Of a stretch of DNA of 64,000 nt, positions 33,898 through 41,648 are shown piece by piece. Position 1 is the first letter of the stretch, and the number at the start of each line of letters is the position of its first letter. The notes under the pieces were generated by a model, which did not search any database, was not told the origin of the DNA, and saw only the letters and a list, made by a program, of their open reading frames with translations. The position numbers and the translations under genes were made by a program. Origin of the DNA: Gaiellaceae bacterium (lineage in GTDB: Bacteria; Actinomycetota; Thermoleophilia; Gaiellales; Gaiellaceae); the NCBI GenBank assembly GCA_035546715.1, contig DASZWI010000131.1:35465-99464 (forward strand), written 5' to 3'.

Positions 33898-35034
33898 CTA
33901 GAGCGCCGCGGCGAGCGCGTCGACGACGCGGTCGACGTCGGCGTCGTCCATGGCCGGGAAGAGCGGCAGCGACAGCAGGCGCGTGTAGGCGTTCTCGGCG
34001 ACCGGGAACTGGCCGGCCCGCGTCCCGAGGCGCTCGCGGTAATAGGGATGCAGGTGCACCGGGACGTAGTGCACGTTGGCGCCGATGCCGTCTGCGCGCA
34101 GCGCCGAGAAGACCGCGTCGCGTTGGCCGTCGACCTGCACGACGTAGAGGTGGTAGGCGTGGCCGACGCCGGGGCGGACGGCCAGCGGCTCGACCCCGTC
34201 CAACTCGGTCAGCAGCTCGTCGTAGCGGGCCGCGAGCGCGCGCCGACGCTCGATCCAGGCCGGGAGGCGGCGCAGCTGGCTCGTGCCCAGCGCGCACTGG
34301 AGATCGGAGAGCCGGTAGTTGAAGCCGAGCTCGACCTGCTCGTAGAACCAGGCGCCGGCGGCGGCGCGCGACCGGTGGTCGCTGTCGATGCCGTGGTTGC
34401 GGAAGCGCCTGGCGCGGGCGGCGATCTCGGGATCGGCGGTGACGACGGCGCCGCCCTCGCCGGTCGTGACGTGCTTCACCGGGTGGAAGCTGAAGCACGA
34501 GGCGTCGGCGAGCGAGCCGACCGGCGCGCCGTCCAGGTCGCCACCGATCGAGTGACAGGCATCGGAGACGAGCAGCACGCCCGCACGATCGCAGAGCTCG
34601 CGCAGCGCGCCGTACTCCGCGGGTTGGCCGGCGTAGTCGACGGCGACGACCGCGGCAGTCCGCTTGGTGATCGCGGCCGCCGCGGCGGCGGGATCCAGCA
34701 GGAGCGTGTCGGGGTCGACGTCCGCGAACACAGGCGTCGCGCCGACGTAGAGGACGGCGTTCGCGGTCGCCGCGAAGGTGATCGGCGGCAGGACGACCTC
34801 GTCGCCGGGGCCGATCCCCAGGGCGTGGTAGGCGGCGTGCAGGGCCGCGGTGCCGTTCGAGACGGCCACGGCCTCGGCGGCGCCGGCGACCTCCGCCAGA
34901 GCGCGCTCGAACTCGTCGACCCTGGGGCCGGTGGTCAGCCAGTCCGAGCGCAGCGCCTCGACGACGGCGGCGACGTCGTCGTCGTCGATCTCCTGGCGCC
35001 CGTAGGGCAGGTGACGCTGCGGCGCGACGGCCAC
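33898..35034 (-). CDS. pseC: UDP-4-amino-4,6-dideoxy-N-acetyl-beta-L-altrosamine transaminase-like (PseC)
   Basis: GTG 35034, 2 nt after the pseB stop. 378 aa. LPYGRQEIDDDDVAAVVEALRSDWLTTGP and FSFHPVKHVTTGEGG. Confidence 0.9.
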   Translation of the reverse strand: MAVAPQRHLPYGRQEIDDDDVAAVVEALRSDWLTTGPRVDEFERALAEVAGAAEAVAVSNGTAALHAAYHALGIGPGDEVVLPPITFAATANAVLYVGATPVFADVDPDTLLLDPAAAAAAITKRTAAVVAVDYAGQPAEYGALRELCDRAGVLLVSDACHSIGGDLDGAPVGSLADASCFSFHPVKHVTTGEGGAVVTADPEIAARARRFRNHGIDSDHRSRAAAGAWFYEQVELGFNYRLSDLQCALGTSQLRRLPAWIERRRALAARYDELLTELDGVEPLAVRPGVGHAYHLYVVQVDGQRDAVFSALRADGIGANVHYVPVHLHPYYRERLGTRAGQFPVAENAYTRLLSLPLFPAMDDADVDRVVDALAAAL

Positions 35035-35036
35035 GG

Positions 35037-36005
35037 CTACGCGGCCTTGGCGAGGCGCAGCGCGTCGAGCTCGGTCAGCCAGCGGTCGTTCGTGTTGCTG
35101 GAGAACTCGAAGCCGGCGGGCAGGGGCTCGCCGTCCTTCCAGTTCGCCTCGCCCCACCACTGGTGCTCGGGCTTGATCACGAACATGTCGTCGAGCTTCA
35201 CCGCATGGCGTGCCTCGTCGCTCGAGATCAGGCACTCGTGGAGCTTCTCGCCTGGCCGGATCCCCGTAACCACGATCTCGCAGCCCGGCGCGATCGCCTT
35301 CGCGAGGTCGATGACCGACATGCTCGGGATACGGGGGACGAAGACCTCGCCGCCGTGCATCGACTCGATCGCCTTGAGGACGATGTCGACCCCCTGCGGC
35401 AGGGTCAGCCAGAACCGGGTCATGCGCTCGTCGGTGACGGTCACCTTCCCGGTCTTCTTCTGCTCCTGGAAGATCGGCACGACGCTGCCGCGGCTGCCGA
35501 CGACGTTGCCGTACCGGACGCACGCCAGGCGGGTGTCCCGGCCGCCGGCGTAGGCATTGCCCTGCACGATGATCTTTTCGGCGCACAGCTTCGTGGCGCC
35601 GTAGAGGTTGACCGGGTTGACGGCCTTGTCCGTCGAGAGCGCGAGGACGCGCTCGACCCCGCAGTCGATCGCCGCGTCGACGATGTTCTGCGAGCCCTGG
35701 ATGTTCGTCTTGACGGCCTCGGACGGGTTGTACTCGCACGCCGGAACCTGCTTGAGGGCGGCTGCGTGGACGACGATGTCGACATCCTGGAACGCGCGGC
35801 GCAGGCGCTCGACGTCGCGGACGTCGCCGAGGAAGAAGCGGAGGCGCGGGTCCGAGTGGGAGCGCTGCATCTCGTGCTGCTTCAGCTCGTCGCGGCTGAA
35901 GACGATCAGGCGCCGCGGGTCGTAGCGGTCCAGCACCGTCTCCACGAATGCCTTGCCGAACGAGCCGGTGCCGCCGGTGACGAGGATGGTCTTGCCGTCG
36001 AGCAT
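35037..36005 (-). CDS. pseB: UDP-N-acetylglucosamine 4,6-dehydratase (inverting) PseB
   Basis: ATG 36005. 322 aa. MLDGKTILVTGGTGSFGKAFV..STDKAVNPVNLYGATKLCAEK is the PseB/FlaA1 signature. Confidence 0.93.
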   Translation of the reverse strand: MLDGKTILVTGGTGSFGKAFVETVLDRYDPRRLIVFSRDELKQHEMQRSHSDPRLRFFLGDVRDVERLRRAFQDVDIVVHAAALKQVPACEYNPSEAVKTNIQGSQNIVDAAIDCGVERVLALSTDKAVNPVNLYGATKLCAEKIIVQGNAYAGGRDTRLACVRYGNVVGSRGSVVPIFQEQKKTGKVTVTDERMTRFWLTLPQGVDIVLKAIESMHGGEVFVPRIPSMSVIDLAKAIAPGCEIVVTGIRPGEKLHECLISSDEARHAVKLDDMFVIKPEHQWWGEANWKDGEPLPAGFEFSSNTNDRWLTELDALRLAKAA

Positions 36006-36152
36006 GGTCACACACACCTCGGGGGTCTGTTGGGGCGCGCACGAGCCGCGCAAGGGACGCTCGCGTCATCGACCGCCTCCCGATCTTCTTGAACCGGCCG
36101 CGGCTGTGCCCCTCAAGCGAGGGCCGGCGCGGCCGACGACGGAGTCGTCCCC

Positions 36153-37937
36153 ATGTCCGGCCCCGACTCCCCGACCGAGTATCGCGCCGTCCGGCGCCGG
36201 TGGGAGCAAGCGCTGGCCGCGTCGGGCCCCGGCAGGGCCGCGGCCCGCGACGATGCGGCGGCGGCCGTCCTCGCCTACCTCGAGCGCGAGCCCGCCGAGC
36301 CGCTTCTGCTCAACGTGCTGGGCGTGCTCCTGCACGAGGCCGGCCGCAGCGACCTCGCCGTGCCGCTCTTCGGCGCTGCGCTCGAGCTCGATCCCGCGCT
36401 GCCCGCGGCCGAGGCGAACCTCGCGGCGGCCCGTGCCGCCGGTGTCGCGCCGCAGGACGACACGCTCGCCGCTCGGGTCGCCGCAGTCGTCGGCCGCGCG
36501 CGCCCGGCGACCGGGTTGACCCTCTCCGTCTGCCTGATCGTGCGCGACGAGGAGCAGCGGCTCGAGGCTTGCCTCAGGGGCGTCGCGCCCGCCGCCGACG
36601 AGATCGTCGTCGTCGACACGGGCTCGACCGACCGCACCACCGACATCGCGAGGAGATTCGGCGCGCGCCTCCTGCACGTCCCGTGGAACGACAGCTTCTC
36701 GGAGCCGCGCAACGTCGCGCTTGCGGCAGCCCGCGGGGACTGGGTGCTGTTCCCGGACGCCGACGAGCACTTCGAGCCGGCGGCTGCTCCGGCCCTGCGC
36801 GGCCTGCTCGGCCGCACCTGGCGGGCGGGCTTCCTCTTCCCGATGACGAGCCGCACCGGCGACGGCTCCACGGCGACGGTCCATCCGGCCCTGCGGCTGT
36901 GGCGGAACCGGCCGGACGTCCGCTACGCCGGGCGCGTCCACGAAAGCGTCCTCGGCAGCCTGCCGGTCGACCTCCCGGAGCGCTTCGAGCTGGTCGACGT
37001 GCCGATCGTCCACCACGGGTACGTCGAACGGACGATCGCCGAAAAGGACAAGGCACGGCGGAACCTGACGCTGCTGGCGCTCGAGCCGCCCGGGCCCGAG
37101 ACCTCCTTCAACCTCGGCAGCGAGCACCTGCGGCTCGGCGACTGGGAGCGCGCGGCCGAGCACCTCGACGCGGCGTGGCTCGCGATCTGCGGCCGCCCGG
37201 ACTGGGCTGGCGCCGGCTTCGGCTCGCTCCTCGCGCTGCGCACGGCGCGCGCCCGCCGCGAGCTGGGCCGTCTCCAGGCGGCGCGCGACCTGCTCCGGCT
37301 CGCCCTCGAGCGCTATCCGGACTACACCGACCTCGTCTACGAGCTCGCCGCCTGCGCCGCCGCGGCCGGCGAGCGCAAGGAGGCGGAGGCGCTGCTGGAG
37401 ATCTGCCTCGCGCTCGGCGACGCTCCGCCGACCTATGCGTCGACGGTCGGGGCGGGCTCCCACCTCGCCGAGGCGTTCCTGGCCGACCTGAGACGCCAAG
37501 CCGCCCGAACGAGGGATGTTCCCCCCATAAAGAGTGAGGGGGGACGGCCGATAACGGTCGAAGACGACGACGCCCGCACGGACGGGAGGGACATGCTCGA
37601 CGGTATTCAACCCAGCTCTGGCGACATCTCGACCTATGGCGCCGCGCAGCGGCTCCAGGCGACCGAGAAGGGCGCGGTCGACTTTCGCCTGGCGACCGTC
37701 CACGGCGTTCCCGCCTCGCCGCCGCCCGAGGTGCTCCGCGCGCTCGACAGCGCCGCCCGGGTCGACGACGAGCTCCGCTCGCGCGGCCTGCGCGTGTCGT
37801 TCGACGCGCAGCACGACGGCAGCGTGCACGTCGGCGTGGTCGACGAGGGCGGCGCTCTCGTCGGGGCCGCGGCCTCGCCGTCGCACGCGCTCGACGTGTT
37901 CAGCGGCGAGGTGCCGCTGGCCGACCTGTTCGCCTAG
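36153..37937 (+). CDS. GT2-TPR glycosyltransferase ORF that continues in frame into flaG (594 aa, no intervening stop)
   Basis: aa 1-~450 are paralogous to the 817-aa GT2-TPR protein (LSVCLIVRDEEQRLEACL..VVVDTGSTDRT..FPDADEH..GDAPPTYASTVGAGSHL). aa 481-594 are FlaG-like. Confidence 0.75.
   Translation: MSGPDSPTEYRAVRRRWEQALAASGPGRAAARDDAAAAVLAYLEREPAEPLLLNVLGVLLHEAGRSDLAVPLFGAALELDPALPAAEANLAAARAAGVAPQDDTLAARVAAVVGRARPATGLTLSVCLIVRDEEQRLEACLRGVAPAADEIVVVDTGSTDRTTDIARRFGARLLHVPWNDSFSEPRNVALAAARGDWVLFPDADEHFEPAAAPALRGLLGRTWRAGFLFPMTSRTGDGSTATVHPALRLWRNRPDVRYAGRVHESVLGSLPVDLPERFELVDVPIVHHGYVERTIAEKDKARRNLTLLALEPPGPETSFNLGSEHLRLGDWERAAEHLDAAWLAICGRPDWAGAGFGSLLALRTARARRELGRLQAARDLLRLALERYPDYTDLVYELAACAAAAGERKEAEALLEICLALGDAPPTYASTVGAGSHLAEAFLADLRRQAARTRDVPPIKSEGGRPITVEDDDARTDGRDMLDGIQPSSGDISTYGAAQRLQATEKGAVDFRLATVHGVPASPPPEVLRALDSAARVDDELRSRGLRVSFDAQHDGSVHVGVVDEGGALVGAAASPSHALDVFSGEVPLADLFA
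37528..37554 (+). promoter_or_regulatory. Sigma-28 promoter (exact consensus) for flaG-fliD-fliS-fliT-like
   Basis: TAAA (37528-37531), exactly 15 nt, GCCGATAA (37547-37554). Lies in a local GC dip with rare codons. GGGAGGG SD and ATG 37593 follow. Confidence 0.7.
37593..37937 (+). CDS. flaG: FlaG-like protein (114 aa, nested in the frame of the upstream ORF)
   Basis: ATG 37593 follows an SD. LRVSFDAQHDGSVHVGVVDEGGALVG..ALDVFSGE resembles FlaG. Position directly upstream of fliD, as in Bacillus. Confidence 0.6.
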   Translation: MLDGIQPSSGDISTYGAAQRLQATEKGAVDFRLATVHGVPASPPPEVLRALDSAARVDDELRSRGLRVSFDAQHDGSVHVGVVDEGGALVGAAASPSHALDVFSGEVPLADLFA

Positions 37938-37946
37938 CGGCTGCCC

Positions 37947-39359
37947 ATGTCGTCGACCGGCGCCTTCCAGCAGATCACCGGGCTCGCGTCGGGCATCGAC
38001 ACGGCCGCGATCGTCAGCGCGATGATGGCGGTCGCGAAGCAGCCCGAGGTCGCGATCCAGAACCAGATCACGGTCGAGACGGCGCGCCAGAACGCCTACC
38101 AGGCGGTGCTCGCCGAGCTGAACGACCTCACGACGTCGTACCAGGCGCTCACGGACGTGGGCACCTGGGCGGCGGTGCAGCAGGTGAGCTCGAGCGACAC
38201 CTCCGCCTTCACCGCGCAGGCGACGGGCGGCGCCGCGGCCGGTTCCTACTCCCTCTCGATCCAGAACCTGGCGCAGGCGAACCAGTACACGAGCAGCGGC
38301 GCGACCACTGCGACCGCCGACGACACGCTCAGCCTCACCGTCGGCTCCAACACGACGAACATCGACATCAAGTCGGGCGACAGCCTCGACACGATCGCCG
38401 CGCGGATCAACAACACCACCGGCGCCCCGGTCTACGCGACGATGTTCAACGGCAAGCTCGTCCTCTCGAACAAGCAGACGGGCACGGCCAACGCCGTCAC
38501 CGTCTCGACCACCGGCACGTCCGGCATCTCGTTCGCCCAGAACCAGGCGGCGCTGGACGCCAACTACACCTTCGCCGGCCAGGCGCTGACCAGCGCGACG
38601 AACGTCGTCACGAACGCGATCCCGGGCGTCACCCTCACGCTGCAGTCGGCGACGACGGGCAACGTGACGCTCAACGTCGGCGCGCCGGCCCCGGACACCG
38701 CCGGGATCACCGCGAAGCTCAACGCGTTCGTCAGCAAGTACAACTCGGTCGTCACCGACATCCAGAACCGGCTGAGCGAGCAGCCCGTCGCGATGCCGAA
38801 GTCGGACGCCGACCGGACGAAGGGTGTGCTGTACGGGGACCAGGGCCTCCAGCGCCTGCTCTCGCAGCTGCGGAACGCGTTCTCGGACACGATCACGAGC
38901 ACGACGAATCCGCCGAGCAGCTACTCGAGCCTCGCGCAGGTCGGCCTCTCCACCGGCGCGGCGGTCGGCACCGGCCAGCTGAGCGACGCGTCGATCAACG
39001 GCATGCTCACGGTCGACTCGACGAAGTTCTCGCAGGCGCTCGCCGCGAACTTCGACCAGGTGAAGGCGCTGTTCACGAACTCGACGGGCAGCTACTCGAC
39101 CGAGGGTCTCGGCCAGCGCCTGAGCGGCATCCTGAAGCCGTACACGTCGGACTCCGCCCTCGGCGGCTACCTCGACACGTCGATCGACGGCGAGACGGCG
39201 AAGATCAAGTCCCTCCAGGCCCAGGTCGCCGACTGGGACACGCGGCTGGCCCTGAAGCAGCAGACGCTCCAGGCGCAGTTCACGGCGATGGAGACCGCCC
39301 TCTCGCAGGTGCAGTCCGAGTCGTCGTCGCTCAGCTCCTCGATCGCGCAGCTCGGCTAG
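37947..39359 (+). CDS. fliD: Filament cap protein FliD
   Basis: 470 aa. MSSTGAFQQITGLASGIDTAAIVSAMMAVAKQPE and C-terminus DWDTRLALKQQTLQAQFTAMETALSQVQ. Confidence 0.95.
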   Translation: MSSTGAFQQITGLASGIDTAAIVSAMMAVAKQPEVAIQNQITVETARQNAYQAVLAELNDLTTSYQALTDVGTWAAVQQVSSSDTSAFTAQATGGAAAGSYSLSIQNLAQANQYTSSGATTATADDTLSLTVGSNTTNIDIKSGDSLDTIAARINNTTGAPVYATMFNGKLVLSNKQTGTANAVTVSTTGTSGISFAQNQAALDANYTFAGQALTSATNVVTNAIPGVTLTLQSATTGNVTLNVGAPAPDTAGITAKLNAFVSKYNSVVTDIQNRLSEQPVAMPKSDADRTKGVLYGDQGLQRLLSQLRNAFSDTITSTTNPPSSYSSLAQVGLSTGAAVGTGQLSDASINGMLTVDSTKFSQALAANFDQVKALFTNSTGSYSTEGLGQRLSGILKPYTSDSALGGYLDTSIDGETAKIKSLQAQVADWDTRLALKQQTLQAQFTAMETALSQVQSESSSLSSSIAQLG

Positions 39360-39533
39360 GCGGCCGGCCCGGTGCCCGGCCGTTCCGGCGGGCCCCGGTC
39401 GAACCGTGTGTCGACTCGACCCACGGTGGGTCCGGCCCGCGGGGACGGCGTCGCCGGGAGGGGCCTCCGCTCAAGGCGCGCGGCGCTCTGCCGACTACCG
39501 GGGGGTCTCCATCCACGGCCAAACCGAGGTGTG

Positions 39534-39929
39534 ATGAACCCCTATGTGAACGCCCGCCAGGCGTATGCCGAGTCGTCGGTCATGACGGCTTCGCGCGAGC
39601 AGCTCGTCGTCATGCTGTACGACGGCGCCATCCGCTTCCTGCGGCAGTCCGCCGAGGCGATGCGCGTCGGGAGCCGTGAGCGGAGTCGCAACCGCATGCG
39701 GCGCGCCGAGATGATCATCGACGAGCTCAACATGACGCTCGACATGAGCCACGGCGAGATTCCCGCGCGCCTGCGCTCCATCTACCTCTTCTGCAAGCGC
39801 CAGCTCATCCAGGCGAACATCGAGAGCGACCCGTCGAAGATCGACGGCGTCGTGGGCCTCCTCGCCGAGCTCCGCGAGGCGTGGGACCAGATCGCCGGCT
39901 CGAGCAGCGAGCTCGTCGCCACCGCGTGA
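39534..39929 (+). CDS. fliS: Flagellin chaperone FliS
   Basis: Internal ATG 39534. 131 aa. MNPYVNARQAYAESSVMTASREQLVVMLYDGAIRFL is the FliS signature. Confidence 0.93.
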   Translation: MNPYVNARQAYAESSVMTASREQLVVMLYDGAIRFLRQSAEAMRVGSRERSRNRMRRAEMIIDELNMTLDMSHGEIPARLRSIYLFCKRQLIQANIESDPSKIDGVVGLLAELREAWDQIAGSSSELVATA

Positions 39930-39930
39930 C

Positions 39931-40221
39931 ATGAGCTGGGAGCTGTTCGACGAGCTGGCCGCCCGCGAGGAGACCGCCGTGGCGGGCCGCCGCTGGGACG
40001 AGCTGCTCGAGATCCAGGCCGAGCGCCGCCGGGTCCTCGACGCCCTGCCGGCCGACCTCCCGCAGGAGGCGAAGCCGACCCTCGAGCGCGCGCTGGCCCG
40101 CTCCCAGGAGACCGCCGCCGTCCTGGTCGCAGCGATGGCGGAGACGAAGGGCACGATCGAGCGCCTGAGAGGCGGCCGCAGAGTCGTCGGCGCCTACCAA
40201 CGCTCGGGCCGAGCCGCGTAG
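39931..40221 (+). CDS. FliT-like small helical protein
   Basis: 96 aa. AGRRWDELLEIQAERRRVLDAL resembles the FliT ..WD.L..L...R..L.. pattern. Position after fliS. Confidence 0.5.
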   Translation: MSWELFDELAAREETAVAGRRWDELLEIQAERRRVLDALPADLPQEAKPTLERALARSQETAAVLVAAMAETKGTIERLRGGRRVVGAYQRSGRAA

Positions 40222-40418
40222 CGAGGGCCGAAACTCCCGTACCTGGTACATCGCCGATGCCCTCGCGAAGGGCGGAGCGGTCCGTGCGATGTACCAGGTA
40301 CGAGGGTCTCGCGAGCCGCAGCAAGCCGTCTCGTGTGGCGCCCCGGTCCGGACGGTCGTCCGAGCCCGACAGTGTCGGAGGGGAGGGCTCGGGAGGGGAA
40401 CTGGAGGTTCCTCTCTCG
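40222..40418 (-). repeat. Intergenic repeat copy 4 (C + shortened middle + A, reverse orientation)
   Basis: Perfect 16-nt arms CGTACCTGGTACATCG (40238-40253) and CGATGTACCAGGTACG (40287-40302). A hairpin GGGAGGGGAACTGGAGGTTCCTCTC at 40391-40416. Confidence 0.8.
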
Positions 40419-40423
40419 ACTGC

Positions 40424-40450
40424 TCAAGTTGGCCCCGTCGCTGCCGACAA
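40424..40450 (+). promoter_or_regulatory. Sigma-28-like promoter upstream of flgB
   Basis: TCAA-N15-GCCGACAA with an exact 15-nt spacer, 77 nt before the proposed flgB start. Confidence 0.35.
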
Positions 40451-40527
40451 AGAGCCTAGGCCTCAGGGACGGAGGTCGAGTTCAGCCCACGGACGGGCGC
40501 CAATCCGATTTCAGGAGCGACGCCGAC

Positions 40528-40887
40528 TTGGGACTCTTCGACCTCACCGACCTCGTCGTCCAGCGCGGCCTCCAGGGCTCGGCGCTGCGGCAGCAGGTGC
40601 TCGCCAACAATCTCGCCAACGCCAACACGGCCGGCTTCAAGCGCTCGGACGTCGACTTCCAGTCGAGCCTTGCCTCGGCGCTCGGGACGAACGATCCGGA
40701 GCAGGCGGTCCAGAGCCTGGCCTTCGCGCCGCAGACCGACAACGCCACCGCGATGACGGCCGACGGCAACAACGTCGACACCGACACCGAGATGGCCGCT
40801 CTCACCCAGAACGCGGTCGAGTACGAGACGCTCGCCGCCGTCGAGCAGCAGCGCTTCGCGACGCTCAAGTCCGCGATGGGGTCGTGA
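40528..40887 (+). CDS. flgB: Proximal rod protein FlgB
   Basis: Proposed TTG 40528, with AGGAG 10 nt upstream. LGLFDLTDLVVQRGLQGSALRQQVLANNLANANTAGFKR. Confidence 0.8.
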   Translation: MGLFDLTDLVVQRGLQGSALRQQVLANNLANANTAGFKRSDVDFQSSLASALGTNDPEQAVQSLAFAPQTDNATAMTADGNNVDTDTEMAALTQNAVEYETLAAVEQQRFATLKSAMGS

Positions 40888-41309
40888 TGGGCAACCTCTT
40901 CGGCGCACTCGGCATCTCCGCGTCGGGCATGACGGCCGAGCGGCTGCGCATGGACGTCACCTCGGACAACCTCGCGAACGCCGACTCGACCAGGGGCCCG
41001 GACGGCCAGCCGTACCGGCGGCAGGAGGTCGTCCTCCAGACCGGCGGCCAGAGCTTCTCGGACGCCCTCGGCAACGCGCAGGCGGGCGTGCAGGTCGCCG
41101 GCATCGTCGACGACCCGACTCCCGGGCAGCAGGTCTACGACCCGGGCAACCCGGACGCGAACGCGCAGGGCTACGTGACCATGCCGAACGTCAACACGGT
41201 CACCGAGATGACCGACCTGATCACCGAGAGCCGCAGCTACGAGGCCAACACGCAGGCGATGACCACGGCCAAGGAGCTGTACCTCAAGACCATCGACCTC
41301 CTGCGCTGA
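40887..41309 (+). CDS. flgC: Proximal rod protein FlgC
   Basis: ATG 40887 overlaps the flgB stop by 1 nt. 140 aa. ISASGMTAERLRMDVTSDNLANADSTR..YVTMPNVNTVTEMTDLITESRSYEAN. Confidence 0.93.
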   Translation: MGNLFGALGISASGMTAERLRMDVTSDNLANADSTRGPDGQPYRRQEVVLQTGGQSFSDALGNAQAGVQVAGIVDDPTPGQQVYDPGNPDANAQGYVTMPNVNTVTEMTDLITESRSYEANTQAMTTAKELYLKTIDLLR

Positions 41310-41626
41310 TGGCACTCCCGGTCGGCGCAGTCTCCAACCCGTTCAAGGTCGGCCCGCTCGTCGAGAACGGCGCGGCGGGCGGCAGCGCGTCGTCGGCGTC
41401 GCCGGGCGGCGCGTTCGGCAAGGCGCTCGCCAAGTCGATCGACGCGCTCGACCAGTCGCAGGCCGAGGCGGCGCAGCAGACGCAGGCGCTCGCGACCGGC
41501 CAGGCGACCGACCTGTCGGCCGTCGTCATGTCGGTCGAGAAGGCCAGCCTCGAGGTGCAGCTCGCCACGCAGGTGCGCACCAAGGCGACGGACGCGTTCC
41601 AGCAGATCATGCAGATGCAGGTCTGA
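41309..41626 (+). CDS. fliE: Hook-basal body protein FliE
   Basis: 105 aa. C-terminus DLSAVVMSVEKASLEVQLATQVRTKATDAFQQIMQMQV is typical of FliE. Confidence 0.9.
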   Translation: MALPVGAVSNPFKVGPLVENGAAGGSASSASPGGAFGKALAKSIDALDQSQAEAAQQTQALATGQATDLSAVVMSVEKASLEVQLATQVRTKATDAFQQIMQMQV

Positions 41627-41648
41627 CGAGGCCGGAGGGGACGGACGG

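Noticed and set aside
33895-33900. The TAGCTA palindrome formed by abutting convergent stop codons of the PIG-L gene and pseC, with zero spacer.
   Set aside because: This is a curiosity of tight packing. There is no associated hairpin or repeat and no evidence of function.
16555-37592. The sugar island as a capsule or O-antigen locus rather than flagellin glycosylation.
   Set aside because: No wzx/wzy, wzz, ABC exporter or initiating phosphoglycosyl transferase is seen. The island is embedded between flagellar operons and contains TPR-GTs of the type associated with flagellin modification. A surface-polysaccharide role is not formally excluded.
39360-39533. The unusually long (174-nt) GC-rich fliD-fliS spacer as a small gene, an ncRNA or another repeat copy.
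   Set aside because: Only a short A-like fragment (GGGAGGGGCCTCC) and imperfect GC hairpins are present. There is no convincing ORF, promoter or alignment to the repeat family. It is left unannotated.
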